From Candidatus Kuenenia stuttgartensis (GTDB lineage Bacteria; Planctomycetota; Brocadiia; Brocadiales; Brocadiaceae), in assembly GCF_900232105.1 (NCBI RefSeq), contig NZ_LT934425.1, positions 4,290,001 through 4,322,000 of the forward strand: 32,000 bases of DNA, read 5' to 3'. The notes under the pieces were generated by a model. The model was not told the origin of the DNA. It ran no database searches and saw nothing but the letters and a program-made list of their open reading frames with translations. The position numbers and the translations under genes are program-made. Of this stretch, positions 9,542 to 20,568 are shown piece by piece. Within the stretch, counting starts at the first letter, position 1, and each line of letters begins with the position of its first letter.

Positions 9542-11418
9542 ATTGCCACCACAATCGTGAAAATTATCACGGCACCGATAACGATTGCCATCGCATACCT
9601 GCGTAATTGACCATTCTGAGATACTACAAGAATCTTATTCAAAACTATGCTAAGCCATGCTATAAAAGAATAAACTTTATCAATAAAATCATTTTTATCA
9701 ATCCTTGCAAAGAAGATTGCGGGAGATACGAAAATGCGATCGTACAGCCAATCAAATCCCCAGCCGTTAAATAAAAATTGAGAGATGGCAGTCTCCTTAA
9801 AACGTTCAGTGGCTTTAGAGTTTTTCAGATAAAATTGGTAAGCAAGAAAAACCCCGGCAATAGCTAACAAGGCTGTTAATATCTGGAACAATAATTCCAT
9901 TCCATCGCCTTCCATTTTAAGCGTAACCACTGGAAGTACAGATTTTAACAATGAAGAAAAAGGTGCAAACCCTCCCAAAGTTTCCGGCATTTCAATAAAT
10001 CCGCCTAAAATAGAAAGTACCGCTAAAACGATCAACGTAATTTTTATTCTGTTTCCCGGCTTATGGCTTACATGAGTTTTTTGTTCGCCGAAGAAAGTAA
10101 CGAATACCATTCTGAAAGTATAAATGGAAGTAATAAATGCACCGATTATAGCAATAAGCCACAGCCAGGGACTTCCCTTATCGCTTGACCATGTGTACCA
10201 GATGATTGCATCCTTACTGTAAAAACCTGCTGTAATTAATGGTAAAGCTGCCAGGGAAGCGGATGCAATTAAGAATGTCCAATAAGTTACCGGAAGTTTC
10301 TTGCGCAATCCTCCCATTTTAAACATGTTATGCTCATGATGGAGTGCATTGATGACGACACCGGCAGCAAGGAATAGAAGAGATTTGAAAAACGCATGAA
10401 TCATAAAATGAAAAATCCCTGCAGCCCAGGCGCCTATACCGAGAGCAAGAAACATATATCCAATTTGACTTATGGTTGAATAAGCCAGGACTCTTTTTAT
10501 ATCAGTTTGAGTTAATGCGCTGAATCCCGCAATGGAAAGAGTTAAAGCCCCGATTATTGCAACTGCGCTTTGAGCAACAGGAGCTAATTCAAAAAGTGTG
10601 TGAGTTCGCGCTATCAAATAAACACCGGCAGTCACCATTGTAGCGGCATGAATGAGTGCGGATACCGGCGAAGGTCCCGCCATTGCATCGGGCAGCCAGG
10701 TTTGTAATGGAAGCTGAGCCGATTTACCGAGAGCACCGCCAAGGAGCAGAAATGCTATTAACACCGCAAGCGATGATCCGACAGTCCAATTAGCAGATGC
10801 TAATTGAAGAATGTCTTGAATATTCAAAGTATTAAAATGTTTAACGAGCAGAAACAGCCCGATTGCCATTGCAGTATCACCGATGCGGGTAACAATAAAA
10901 GCTTTATTAGCAGCGTAAACATTTTCAGGTTCTTTGTACCAGAAGCCGATAAGCAGATAACTGCAGAGACCAACACCTTCCCATCCGAGATAAAGTAACA
11001 GAAGATTATCCGCTAACACTAATGTTACCATCGAGCCAATAAACAAGTTCATATACGCGAAAAATCTTGAATAGCCTTCATCATCTTTCATGAACTCAGC
11101 GGAATAAAGATGAATAAGAAACCCAACAAATGTAATAGCGAAGATAAAAATTAGCGATAGCCCATCAAGATGAAATGCAATACCGGGATTAAAACCGGAA
11201 GTACTCATCCAGATCCATAAGGTTTGATCGAAACGGTTATTAGGAGGCGGTGATGAAATAAAATTAATACCAATTAGGATTGATAAAATCGCAGGCAGCG
11301 CAACCGAGCCAACACCAATCCATGCAACAGAAGATCTGTTTATTCTTCCGCCGAATATTGCGAGCAGAAGAAACCCTAAAAATGGTATTGCCGGAATTAA
11401 CCAAAGAAGATTAAGCAT
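9538..11418 (-). CDS. nuoL: NADH-quinone oxidoreductase subunit L
   Basis: 626 aa; GWEGVGLCSYLLIGFWY; KSAQLPLQTWLPDAMAGPSPVSALIHAATMVTAGVYL; RVLAYSTISQIGYM. Confidence 0.97.
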   Translation of the reverse strand: MLNLLWLIPAIPFLGFLLLAIFGGRINRSSVAWIGVGSVALPAILSILIGINFISSPPPNNRFDQTLWIWMSTSGFNPGIAFHLDGLSLIFIFAITFVGFLIHLYSAEFMKDDEGYSRFFAYMNLFIGSMVTLVLADNLLLLYLGWEGVGLCSYLLIGFWYKEPENVYAANKAFIVTRIGDTAMAIGLFLLVKHFNTLNIQDILQLASANWTVGSSLAVLIAFLLLGGALGKSAQLPLQTWLPDAMAGPSPVSALIHAATMVTAGVYLIARTHTLFELAPVAQSAVAIIGALTLSIAGFSALTQTDIKRVLAYSTISQIGYMFLALGIGAWAAGIFHFMIHAFFKSLLFLAAGVVINALHHEHNMFKMGGLRKKLPVTYWTFLIASASLAALPLITAGFYSKDAIIWYTWSSDKGSPWLWLIAIIGAFITSIYTFRMVFVTFFGEQKTHVSHKPGNRIKITLIVLAVLSILGGFIEMPETLGGFAPFSSLLKSVLPVVTLKMEGDGMELLFQILTALLAIAGVFLAYQFYLKNSKATERFKETAISQFLFNGWGFDWLYDRIFVSPAIFFARIDKNDFIDKVYSFIAWLSIVLNKILVVSQNGQLRRYAMAIVIGAVIIFTIVVAI

Positions 11419-11419
11419 A

Positions 11420-11728
11420 TCATCCTTTTAAATTATTCAATGCATCGGTATCAAGCGTTTTAAACCGGCGATGTATTCGCAGAATCAGAGCAAGCCCGAC
11501 TGATACTTCTGCGGCTGCCATTGTAAGAATAAAAACAAACATTACCTGCCCTTCCGGTTGCATCCAACGCGCACCGGCAGTTATAAATGCAAGTCCTGTA
11601 GCGTTAAGCATTATCTCGATCGACATAAGCACAAAAATTATATTCCTTCTTACCAGGACGCCTATCAATCCAAGTAAAAAAAGTACAAAGGCAAGAATTA
11701 AGCTTGATTCAAACGGTATAGCTGTCAT
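11420..11728 (-). CDS. nuoK: NADH-quinone oxidoreductase subunit K
   Basis: 102 aa; [31 protein letters not shown]; [19 protein letters not shown]. Confidence 0.96.
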   Translation of the reverse strand: MTAIPFESSLILAFVLFLLGLIGVLVRRNIIFVLMSIEIMLNATGLAFITAGARWMQPEGQVMFVFILTMAAAEVSVGLALILRIHRRFKTLDTDALNNLKG

Positions 11729-12294
11729 TCAGATTTTCCTTTAACTCGCAGATCAGGTTCAGTTTCTGCGAGATATCTATGTAAGATTTTCTTTTTCTCT
11801 TTTCCCAAATGATAAGCCCCAACAATGCCGGCAAGCAGTAGCATTGCTGCGAGCTCTACTCCAAGTAAGTAAGTGCCAAACAACGAAATCCCGACCTGCT
11901 TTGGACTGATTATAACGGAGTTATATTCTTGTCCGTTTATTTTAATTAAGACAATGATAAATTCGATAATCAGAATTAAAGTTAGTATTACAGGTACTAT
12001 CCACATCTTAGGATTAAGTAATTGATTTTCCATCCTTGCAGCTTCACTTCCGAGGTTCAGCATCATTATCACAAATATGAAAAGCACCATAATTGCACCT
12101 GCATATATTATCACTTCGAGCGCAGCCATGAACGGTGCACCAAGAATAAAAAAGATAATTGAAACGGAAAGAAGCGAGACGATAAGATAAAGCAATGCAT
12201 GTACTGCATTCTTACGCGTAATAACCATCAGCGTTGAAACAACTGCAACAATTGAAGCTATGTAAAAAGTTATGATCATAAGTTCAAATTCCAA
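11725..12294 (-). CDS. nuoJ: NADH-quinone oxidoreductase subunit J
   Basis: 189 aa; [51 protein letters not shown]. Confidence 0.95.
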   Translation of the reverse strand: MEFELMIITFYIASIVAVVSTLMVITRKNAVHALLYLIVSLLSVSIIFFILGAPFMAALEVIIYAGAIMVLFIFVIMMLNLGSEAARMENQLLNPKMWIVPVILTLILIIEFIIVLIKINGQEYNSVIISPKQVGISLFGTYLLGVELAAMLLLAGIVGAYHLGKEKKKILHRYLAETEPDLRVKGKSE

Positions 12295-12303
12295 ATGATT
12301 TCA

Positions 12304-12819
12304 TCAAGGCAGCAAGCCTTTAACATCGATAGGCGGTGATTCACTTTCCGATTCACCTTTATCTTTTCCTTTAATTGAAACGCCTGCGACCTTGTAATAA
12401 TTGTAGCCGTGGTATTTTCCCTCTCCGCTGATTAATAAGTCTTCTTTTTCGTAAACAAGATTCTGCCTGTTGTATTCGCACATTTCAAAATCAGGTACAA
12501 GTTGTATTGCGTAAGTAGGACAGGCATCTTCGCAAAAGCCGCAAAAAATGCAGCGTGAAAAATTTATTCTAAAAAATTCCGGGTAACGTCTCCCGTATTC
12601 ATCTTCGGTCGCTTGCAGCGAAATGCAGTCGACCGGGCAGACAGCCGCACATAAATAACAACCGACGCATCTTTCACCACCATCAGGATCGCGCGAAAGA
12701 ATGATTCTGCCTCTCCATCGTGCAGGGAGTGGAGCCTTTTCTTCTGGATACTGGTAAGTAACACGCTTTCTGAACATGTGAAGAAAAGCCAACCAGATTG
12801 TTTTTAAGTTGCTTAGCAT
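12304..12819 (-). CDS. nuoI: NADH-quinone oxidoreductase subunit I (two 4Fe-4S)
   Basis: [19 protein letters not shown] and [17 protein letters not shown] cluster motifs. Confidence 0.96.
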   Translation of the reverse strand: MLSNLKTIWLAFLHMFRKRVTYQYPEEKAPLPARWRGRIILSRDPDGGERCVGCYLCAAVCPVDCISLQATEDEYGRRYPEFFRINFSRCIFCGFCEDACPTYAIQLVPDFEMCEYNRQNLVYEKEDLLISGEGKYHGYNYYKVAGVSIKGKDKGESESESPPIDVKGLLP

Positions 12820-12854
12820 TTATTCCTCATAAATACAAAATTCAATCCTTTTTT

Positions 12855-13811
12855 TCATCTTGATAGAACGATTGCGCCGGTGACAAGTAAATTTAAGAGC
12901 GAAAGCGGCAAAAGTAATTTCCATCCGTAAGACATTAACTGGTCGTACCGTGGTCTTGGAAGCGACGCTCTGAGCAAAATAAATAATGAAATGAAAACAA
13001 ATGTTTTAATAAAAAACCAGATAACAGGCGGAAGAAATGAGGGACCAAGCCATCCGCCAAAAAACAATGTTACCATAATAGCAGAAATTAATGTAATACC
13101 TAAATATTCTCCGAGAAAGAACATCCCGAATTTCATACCGGAATATTCAGAGTGAAAGCCTGCAATCAGTTCGTTTTCTGCTTCGGGAATGTCGAATGGT
13201 AATCGGTGTGTTTCAGCTAACCCGGCAATCATAAAAATTATAAAACCGACAAACTGTGGAACAACGAACCAAATATTTTTTTGTGCAATTACAATGTCAT
13301 TCATGTTAAAAGAACCTGCAAGCATTACAACTCCCATTAAAGAAAGACCCATGAAAACTTCATAAGAGAGCATTTGTGCCGCAGCGCGAAACGAACCGAT
13401 CAATGCATATTTATTATTGGATGACCATCCGCCTAAAACAACACTATAAGCGCCCAATGAAGACATTGCCAAAAAAAATAGCAGTCCGATATTTAGATCA
13501 GAAACGAATATTCCCGGTGCGAAAGGAACAACTGCAAAACTCATAAGAACGGTTATAATAACTATTGCCGGTGCAATTACAAAAACAGCTTTGTCCGCAA
13601 ACGGCGGAATCCAATCTTCCTTAAAAAATATTTTTATCATGTCGGCAATTACCTGGAGCAAACCGAATGGTCCAACCCGGTTTGGCCCGTAACGATCCTG
13701 CCAGAGTGCGAGCAAGCGGCGTTCAAGCCAAATCAATCCGGTAGCAATTGTCATCACAACAATCAGCACACCGAATACTATTAATATGTAAATTAAAGTT
13801 TGGTTCATCAT
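12855..13811 (-). CDS. nuoH: NADH-quinone oxidoreductase subunit H
   Basis: 318 aa; [37 protein letters not shown]; [29 protein letters not shown]. Confidence 0.97.
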   Translation of the reverse strand: MMNQTLIYILIVFGVLIVVMTIATGLIWLERRLLALWQDRYGPNRVGPFGLLQVIADMIKIFFKEDWIPPFADKAVFVIAPAIVIITVLMSFAVVPFAPGIFVSDLNIGLLFFLAMSSLGAYSVVLGGWSSNNKYALIGSFRAAAQMLSYEVFMGLSLMGVVMLAGSFNMNDIVIAQKNIWFVVPQFVGFIIFMIAGLAETHRLPFDIPEAENELIAGFHSEYSGMKFGMFFLGEYLGITLISAIMVTLFFGGWLGPSFLPPVIWFFIKTFVFISLFILLRASLPRPRYDQLMSYGWKLLLPLSLLNLLVTGAIVLSR

Positions 13812-13828
13812 TTTACAATGATCTCGTA

Positions 13829-14059
13829 TAAACCAGGATTTAATGTATCAATGACGGCTTACAGGTTAACGCCTTGTGTGCGTTTGGTGACTTCCCTGAT
13901 GTTGTTCCTTCGGCAGGCTCAGGACAGGCTCTTGAGTTTGTTCAGTGACTTCGTGCTTATTCCCTTGTATGTGCCATTGAAATTATATCCGAGAAATCTG
14001 AAGCCCCTTTTGAAGCTTGTGAGTTTGGTTTTATACTCGTCCGGCTTCATTGCCAGTTT
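13829..14059 (-). pseudogene. Relic of a group II intron-type reverse transcriptase/maturase 3' end
   Basis: Minus frame: [73 protein letters not shown]. Matches the GFxFLGYxF ... SxKSLxKLKxxIREiTkRtqG..L..vI..LNP pattern, with two stops. Confidence 0.7.
13907..13930. repeat. REP-like 24-nt insertion (CCTTCGGCAGGCTCAGGACAGGCT)
   Basis: Interrupts the RT relic between NKLK and NIREVTKR and introduces an in-frame TGA. Resembles the dispersed CCTTCG-CAGGCTCAGGACAGGC family seen in many genomes. Confidence 0.5.
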
Positions 14060-14075
14060 TACTCCAATGATTCCT

Positions 14076-14177
14076 TTAACACAGGAAAGACGTCAGACGC
14101 ACGAATTCTTTTGCCACCTTCTTACTCCGGGATTCTTTTCGTAGGGAACCGATTATTACAGTTATCTCCTTTTGCAT
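14076..14177 (-). pseudogene. N-terminal relic of NADPH-dependent FMN reductase family
   Basis: MQKEITVIIGSLRKESRSKKVAKEFVRLTSFLC*, matching the ITVIxGSLRKeSxnrKvAkal N-terminal flavodoxin-fold motif, truncated after about 28 aa. Confidence 0.6.
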
Positions 14178-14310
14178 AATTACTACTCTTTACTATTTGT
14201 TGACCTACCATGATTTTGCAATATTTGTACCGGATAAACCTAATACTCCAAATGTATATAGTTCAGTAAATTCAATCTAAATCTTTTTTTTCGTTCTCTT
14301 AATTCTGTAT

Positions 14311-17025
14311 TTAATTATTACCACCTGAAATTTTACACCAAACCGGCAGATCAAAATATTGCATGCCGTAAAGACTAACCGGAATTCCTAACATACCTTT
14401 TGGCAATCCAAGCTTTATTTTTACCGGCAAGCGAAGCCGATAATTATTTATATATAAATTGATTTCATCATCTTTTTTGATTTTTAATTTTTCAGCATTA
14501 TCAAGGTTTATCGCTACATAAGGTCTTGGCGCAAGTTCTGCAATAGATGGTGAGATACTGCTTAATTCTTCCGAGCCGAAAATATGATAAACCGGAACGA
14601 CAAAGAATTCACCGTCCTTAATCTTAAATGGTTCGGCTATAGCGTTGAAAAATTCGGCGTTAGTATTTTGTTTTGGCTCGATTAATCTTTTCCCCGGCTC
14701 GCCGCCGTGCAATTCACCACCGACTTCTATCTGATATTTATTTATTGCCTGAACCGAGTTCCATCCGGGCGACCAGTAAAATGGTATCAAGGAAGAAGGC
14801 GGCTCACCTTTGTATCCTTCCATTGTATAGGACAATGGTGAATCGGGATCTTCAGGCGGCTTGGGCTCACTCACATTTATATTTGCATGCATAGCCGTTC
14901 TGCCGCTGTAGCGTTGAGTTTCGCGTGGAATTTTTTGTCCTGCAATTCTAAAATCAGGTGGTGGAGTAATCTTTTGAATCCCTTCGAACTTTGGAAACGA
15001 TTCAACAAGTTCAATGAGAAAGTCGTTAAAGTTTTTCAATTCGGATTTGCTGCTGGACTTTGCCAATTCAATTCCATCTAACCATCGCCAGCCTTCAAGC
15101 AAATTTGGATTTGAAGAATGATAAGCTTGATAATATCGCTGCGCTCTTCCTTCATTATTCACAAACGTTCCATCAGACTCCGCAAAAGTTCCTACCGGAA
15201 TTATTGTCCCTGCTTTTGAGGTTGTACTATTCTCCAAACTATCAAGAACAACAATATTTTTACACTTATTAAAAAAAGCATCCACCGAGTTTTTATCTGC
15301 TCTCCGGTAAAGATCATTTTCCAAAATTATTACTGTTTCCGCATTACCTTTTTCAACAGCGTCAAATGCATCATTAAGACTCTTTCCGCCAAGCATTGCA
15401 GTGCCTAAGCTATTCGCTTCCGGAACTACAAAAGAAAGTTCTGCGGCTTTTCCGGAATTGCACAAAGCCCAAGCAACATTAGCCGCAGCATGAAGTATGT
15501 TTTCATTAAAACAGCTAATGCCGGAAATAATCAGCGGTCTCTTTGCTTCTTTTAAAGCAAGAGAAATTTCTGTAACAAGTGAATGAATTTGTTTTGAAGG
15601 ATTATTTATTTTGGGAGCCATGTTATCCAGAAGCGAAGCAACTTCAAATCCAAGCATTGCAATTTCATCAGGAAAACAGCGGATAGTTTTTGTAGCAACG
15701 TCATCAAGTTTTGTTTCGTATAATGAAGCGATGAATAACGGACCCTTTTCATTTTGTGAAACGCTCCTAACGACTGCATCCTGCCATTCTGGAATATTTG
15801 TGCCTTTAATTTTTTCGAATGACTTTTGCCTTATTGATTGCCGCACTGCCAGAGCAAGCATTGGTGCAGTATTGGTGAGGTCTTCCCCAAGAATAAGAAC
15901 GGCATCAGCTTTCTCAACTTCCTTAAGTGATGGAGTTCTAGCCGCACCATTCTGTAAAATATCAAGAATAGTGTTTGTTAATTTTAATTCTTTTCCGGAA
16001 ATCCCCTGAAAGAAATTATTATATCCCACAAATTTTTTTAATGCGAAATTCGATTCGAGTGATGCCCGCGGTGAGCCGATGCCGATCACTTTATCTTTGC
16101 CGGAAAAAAGTTTTGCAACGTGCGATTGCATATCCGCTTTATCAACTTTTTCTAAATTTCCGTTTTCCTTTCTTAACGAAGGATCTTTTATCCTTTTAGT
16201 GTCGTTTACAAATTCGTAGCCGTATCTTCCCCGGTCACAAATAAAATAGCCGTTTACTTGTCCATTATATCGGGATCTTATTCTGCGAATCATACCGTAT
16301 CTTTCTCCAGTAATCGTGTTGCAGCCCAGACTGCAGTTAGTGCAGATTGAAGGCGCTGTAGAATAATCCCATTTTCTTGTAAAATGTTTTTTTAAAGACT
16401 TGTCGGTAAATACTCCGGTAGGGCAGACTTCAACCAGGTTGCCGCTAAACTCATTTTCTAAAACTCCATCTTCATGCCTGCCGAAGTAAACATGGTTATG
16501 TGAAGCCATATTATCAAAGTCTCTTCCACCCGCATAATCTCTGTAAAACCGAACGCAGCGGTAGCATTGAATACAGCGGTTCATCTCGTGGTTAATGAAT
16601 GGGCCAAGGTGTTGATTCCGGTAAGTTCGTTTTTTGAAAACAAATCGTCTGTAATTATGTCCGGTAATTACCGTCATATCTTGCAGATGACATTCGCCGC
16701 CTTCGTCGCAGACCGGACAGTCGTGAGGATGGTTTGTCATCATCCATTCGTTAACACCAGCGCGAAATGCTTTTGCTTCTTCTTCAAATACACCTACACG
16801 CATTCCTTCTTTCACGGGTTCCATGCAAGCCATTACGATCTTGCCCTTGGTATCACTTTCATCGCGGTAGGTTTTTACGCCACACTGGCGACAAGCTCCA
16901 ACAGAGCCCATAGCAGGATGCCAGCAAAAATATGGGAGATCCAATCCAAGCGACAGACAGGACTCAAGAAGACTCTTCTTAGGATCAACCTCGTATTCTT
17001 TATTATCAATAATAATTTTTACCAA
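14311..17025 (-). CDS. nuoG: NADH-quinone oxidoreductase subunit G (Fe-S, molybdopterin-oxidoreductase fold)
   Basis: 904 aa; CWHPAMGSVGACRQC, HPHDCPVCDEGGECHLQD, CIQCYRCVRFYRDYAGG, CTNCSLGCNT. Confidence 0.96.
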   Translation of the reverse strand: MVKIIIDNKEYEVDPKKSLLESCLSLGLDLPYFCWHPAMGSVGACRQCGVKTYRDESDTKGKIVMACMEPVKEGMRVGVFEEEAKAFRAGVNEWMMTNHPHDCPVCDEGGECHLQDMTVITGHNYRRFVFKKRTYRNQHLGPFINHEMNRCIQCYRCVRFYRDYAGGRDFDNMASHNHVYFGRHEDGVLENEFSGNLVEVCPTGVFTDKSLKKHFTRKWDYSTAPSICTNCSLGCNTITGERYGMIRRIRSRYNGQVNGYFICDRGRYGYEFVNDTKRIKDPSLRKENGNLEKVDKADMQSHVAKLFSGKDKVIGIGSPRASLESNFALKKFVGYNNFFQGISGKELKLTNTILDILQNGAARTPSLKEVEKADAVLILGEDLTNTAPMLALAVRQSIRQKSFEKIKGTNIPEWQDAVVRSVSQNEKGPLFIASLYETKLDDVATKTIRCFPDEIAMLGFEVASLLDNMAPKINNPSKQIHSLVTEISLALKEAKRPLIISGISCFNENILHAAANVAWALCNSGKAAELSFVVPEANSLGTAMLGGKSLNDAFDAVEKGNAETVIILENDLYRRADKNSVDAFFNKCKNIVVLDSLENSTTSKAGTIIPVGTFAESDGTFVNNEGRAQRYYQAYHSSNPNLLEGWRWLDGIELAKSSSKSELKNFNDFLIELVESFPKFEGIQKITPPPDFRIAGQKIPRETQRYSGRTAMHANINVSEPKPPEDPDSPLSYTMEGYKGEPPSSLIPFYWSPGWNSVQAINKYQIEVGGELHGGEPGKRLIEPKQNTNAEFFNAIAEPFKIKDGEFFVVPVYHIFGSEELSSISPSIAELAPRPYVAINLDNAEKLKIKKDDEINLYINNYRLRLPVKIKLGLPKGMLGIPVSLYGMQYFDLPVWCKISGGNN

Positions 17026-17028
17026 TTT

Positions 17029-18312
17029 TTACCTCCACGGGCATTTTTTTTCATTTATGTGTCTCACGTAATCTTCACGAAAATATTTTATAGAACTTTG
17101 AAGCGGCTCTACAGCACCAGGTGCCAGCGCACAGAAAGTTCTTCCGGGACCCAGATTCACAGCATGAAAAGAAAGTATATCAAGGTCTTCTAATTTACCT
17201 TTGCCTTCTTCAATAGAAAGAAGAATTTTTTCAACCCAGGGAAGACCCTCGCGGCAAGGCGTACACCAGCCGCAGGATTCCTGAGCAAAGAAATGTTCAA
17301 GATTGTGAACCATTCCAACAGGACAAGTTTTATCATCAAGAATTATTAATGTTCCTGTTCCAAGTCTGCTGCCGGCTTTTTCAACTGAAGAGTAATCCAT
17401 ATTAACATCAAGATGCTCCTCAGTAAGAAAATCCGTTGATGCACCACCAGGAAGGATTCCCTTTAATCTAAATCCTTCTTTCATTCCTCCGGCATGTTCA
17501 AAAATTATCTCGCGCATTGAAGTGCCCAGCGGAAGTTCCCATGTACCAGGATTTTTTACTCGCCCGCTGACTCCATAAATCTTCGTTCCGCCGACACCGT
17601 TAAGGCTTAAGTTTTTGAACCATTCCGAACCATTATTAACAATGTGTGAAACGCAACAAAGAGTTTCTACATTATTTACGATTGTAGGTTTACCGAACAA
17701 CCCGCTTACTGCCGAATACGGAGGCTTTGAACGCGGTATTGCGCGCTTGCCTTCCAGTGCTTCCAAATGTGCAGTTTCCTCGCCGCGGATATACCTGCCG
17801 ATACTTGTATGAAGATATAATTCTAAAGCATAACCAGAACCCAAAATATTTTGCCCTATATAACCAGCTTGTTCAGCTTCTGCAAGAGCTTTAAATATTA
17901 ATTCCGCTGCTTCCTTGTAAGCCCATCGTAGAACAACATAACTTTTGTTCGCCTGGATTGCGTATGCGGCAATGATCATACCTTCAATCAATTGATGAGG
18001 GTTTCCTTCAAGAAGCAAGCGATCTTTAAATGCTCCTGGTTCCATTTCATCGGCATTGCAAATAAGATACTTATCTTTTGGCGCATCGTCTCCTAACGGG
18101 ACGAAACTCCATTTCATTCCGGTTGGAAAGCCTGCCCCGCCTCGTCCTCGTAAGTTGGAATCCTTAATTATTTTTTGAACGTCTTGAGGCTGCATTTCTT
18201 TCAATACTTTGCGTAATGCCTGGTAGCCGCCAGCTTGTTCATATTCTTTTAAATTCATCGGCGGCTTATTTGCCTTAATATGTTGAGTTAAAGGAGTTTC
18301 CATCTGCATCAA
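17029..18312 (-). CDS. nuoF: NADH-quinone oxidoreductase subunit F
   Basis: 427 aa; LRGRGGAGFPTGMKWSF, YLICNADEMEPGAFKDR, ESCGWCTPCREGLPW. Confidence 0.97.
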   Translation of the reverse strand: MMQMETPLTQHIKANKPPMNLKEYEQAGGYQALRKVLKEMQPQDVQKIIKDSNLRGRGGAGFPTGMKWSFVPLGDDAPKDKYLICNADEMEPGAFKDRLLLEGNPHQLIEGMIIAAYAIQANKSYVVLRWAYKEAAELIFKALAEAEQAGYIGQNILGSGYALELYLHTSIGRYIRGEETAHLEALEGKRAIPRSKPPYSAVSGLFGKPTIVNNVETLCCVSHIVNNGSEWFKNLSLNGVGGTKIYGVSGRVKNPGTWELPLGTSMREIIFEHAGGMKEGFRLKGILPGGASTDFLTEEHLDVNMDYSSVEKAGSRLGTGTLIILDDKTCPVGMVHNLEHFFAQESCGWCTPCREGLPWVEKILLSIEEGKGKLEDLDILSFHAVNLGPGRTFCALAPGAVEPLQSSIKYFREDYVRHINEKKCPWR

Positions 18313-18773
18313 CTATATTTTTCTAAAATCGGATCAAGTAAATCCGTCGTTAAATCTCTGTAAAGATCATTATCAATCATAAGTGCTGGTGCATGATCGC
18401 AAGTGCCGAGGCATGATATTGGAAGTAGTGTAAATTTGCCATCGCTTGTTGTTTCGCCAAACTTAATACCAAGTTTTTTATTCAGGTAATCTAAAATTTG
18501 ATTGTAGCCGAGTATCCAGCAGCTTACACTGTCGCAAACTAAAATAACATGTTTACCTACTTTTCTCCTGAAAATAAGGTTATAAAAAGTGGCAACACTG
18601 TCAACTTCATCCGGAGTAATTTCTAAAAATTCTGCGATGTCTTTTACACCATCATCCGAAACCCATCCGCGGTGTTTCTGAACAATTTTTAACGCCTCTA
18701 TAGTGGCAGCCTTTTTATAAGGTACGATCTTTAATTCTTCTTCAAGGTCTTTTTGTTCTTCAACCGATAACAT
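18309..18773 (-). CDS. nuoE: NADH-quinone oxidoreductase subunit E (2Fe-2S)
   Basis: 154 aa; VATFYNLIFRRKVGKHVILVCDSVSCWILG; LLPISCLGTCDHAPALMID. Confidence 0.95.
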   Translation of the reverse strand: MLSVEEQKDLEEELKIVPYKKAATIEALKIVQKHRGWVSDDGVKDIAEFLEITPDEVDSVATFYNLIFRRKVGKHVILVCDSVSCWILGYNQILDYLNKKLGIKFGETTSDGKFTLLPISCLGTCDHAPALMIDNDLYRDLTTDLLDPILEKYS

Positions 18774-18788
18774 AAATTATCCGAAAGT

Positions 18789-20534
18789 TTATCTGTCAAT
18801 ATCTGCTAAAACAAAATCAATGCTTCCTAAAATTGAAAGCAAGTCAGGAACCGTGTAACTGCGGCTTATAAAAGGAACCATCTGCATGTGCGGGAACGAC
18901 GGCGTGCGAACTCTCGTTCTATAAGATGATGTATTTCCATCACTGATCAGATAGTAGCCGTTGTTTCCTTTGGTTGCTTCGATTCCAAAAAATGCTTCAC
19001 CGGCAGGAATAACCGGTCCCCACGTTACTCCAAGAAAGTGAGTAATTAAAGTTTCAATGTCATGCATTGTCTTTTCTTTACGCGGCGGCGTTGCCAGAGG
19101 ATGATCTGATTTATATGGCCCGGACGGCATGTTCTTTACGCATTGCTCTATTATTCTAATGCTCTGCCGCATCTCCTCAATTCTAACTATTGCGCGGTCA
19201 TAGCAATCTCCATTCTGCGCAGTTGGAATATCAAACTCAAATTGATCGTAACCGGAATAAGGTCGCTTCTTCCTGAAGTCCCATTCAAATCCGGTTGCTC
19301 TTAAGCCGGGCCCTGTTACACCCCATTCAATTGCTTCTTCAGTATTATAGATACCGATACCGATGGTTCTCCCTTTGAATATCCGGTTCTGCATAACCAT
19401 CGTGTCATATTCTTTTAATCTTTTCGGAAAATAGTTGATGAAATCCTTTACTAATCTGTCCCAGCCGTTTGGAAGGTCGTCAGTAACGCCGCCTATCCGA
19501 AACCAGTTCGGGTGCATCCTGTCGCCGCAGATCGCTTCGATAATTTCAAATACTTTTTCGCGGTCACTGAACATATAAAACACAGGCGAAAGTTGACCGA
19601 TATCCTGGGCAAATGTTCCATACCAAACAAGATGACTTGAGAGCCGGAACAATTCGCAAAGCATTATTCTAATTACCTGCGCTCTCTCCGGGATTTTTAT
19701 TCCTGCAAGTTTTTCTACTGCTAAAAGATAAGCGAGGTTATTCATTACACCGGCAAGATAATCAATCCGGTCTGTGTATGGAATGTATGTATGCCATGAC
19801 TGCCTTTCACCCATCTTCTCTGCACCGCGATGATGAAACCCAATATCGGGAACAACATTTAAAATCTCTTCGCCGTCAAGCTGAAGAACTAATCTCAACA
19901 CACCATGCGTACCTGGATGCTGGGGTCCTATATTTAAAAACATGAAATCAGAATCTTCACTTTCTCTTTTCATCCCCCATTCTTCGGGATTAAAATGAAG
20001 CGCCTGATTTTCTCTTTCTTCTTTTTCTTTCGGCAATTGAAACGGTCCCATTTCCGTAGCACGGGCAGGATGTTCTTTCCGTAGCGGATGTCCTTCCCAG
20101 GTTAAGGGCATTAAGATTCTTTTTAAATGCGGGTGACCATCGAATTTTATTCCGAACATATCGTACACTTCCCGTTCGTACCAGTCTGCATTAGACCATA
20201 CTTTTGTAATTGTCGGGAGTGATGGATACTCACCTTTAAGCGGAACTTTAATTCTTATATCATCATTTCTTTCGAAAGAAAGAAGATGATAGACAACCGT
20301 GAAATCACCTTTGGGTATTTCCACTCTTTTTGCACGGGTTCTTTCGTCTATCGCAGTCAGATCGTACAGCATACGGTATGGCTTTGAAACTTCCGTTTTC
20401 AGAAAACTAATCACATCAATCAACTTGTCTTTCGAAACCCAGATGGTTGGAAATTCGTCACTGGTTTTTTGTTCGGTAATTTCAGATCCACCAAACCTGG
20501 TTTTTAGTTTCTCAACGATAGCGGAATCAGTCAT
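18789..20534 (-). CDS. nuoCD: NADH-quinone oxidoreductase, fused subunits C and D
   Basis: 581 aa. C-like N-terminus ([26 protein letters not shown]...GHPLRKEHP) joined to the D domain ([23 protein letters not shown]; [19 protein letters not shown]). Confidence 0.96.
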   Translation of the reverse strand: MTDSAIVEKLKTRFGGSEITEQKTSDEFPTIWVSKDKLIDVISFLKTEVSKPYRMLYDLTAIDERTRAKRVEIPKGDFTVVYHLLSFERNDDIRIKVPLKGEYPSLPTITKVWSNADWYEREVYDMFGIKFDGHPHLKRILMPLTWEGHPLRKEHPARATEMGPFQLPKEKEERENQALHFNPEEWGMKRESEDSDFMFLNIGPQHPGTHGVLRLVLQLDGEEILNVVPDIGFHHRGAEKMGERQSWHTYIPYTDRIDYLAGVMNNLAYLLAVEKLAGIKIPERAQVIRIMLCELFRLSSHLVWYGTFAQDIGQLSPVFYMFSDREKVFEIIEAICGDRMHPNWFRIGGVTDDLPNGWDRLVKDFINYFPKRLKEYDTMVMQNRIFKGRTIGIGIYNTEEAIEWGVTGPGLRATGFEWDFRKKRPYSGYDQFEFDIPTAQNGDCYDRAIVRIEEMRQSIRIIEQCVKNMPSGPYKSDHPLATPPRKEKTMHDIETLITHFLGVTWGPVIPAGEAFFGIEATKGNNGYYLISDGNTSSYRTRVRTPSFPHMQMVPFISRSYTVPDLLSILGSIDFVLADIDR

Positions 20535-20568
20535 AAATCATTTATAAAAAAAATAAATTATTCTTTAA

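Noticed and set aside
13800-14144. 114-aa plus-strand ORF in the nuoG-nuoH gap
   Set aside because: The opposite strand gives recognisable RT relic motifs; the plus-strand translation looks random.
16567-17193. 208-aa plus-strand ORF opposite nuoG/nuoF
   Set aside because: Fully antisense to well-supported nuo genes with no recognisable domain; an expected by-product of the coding strand's composition.
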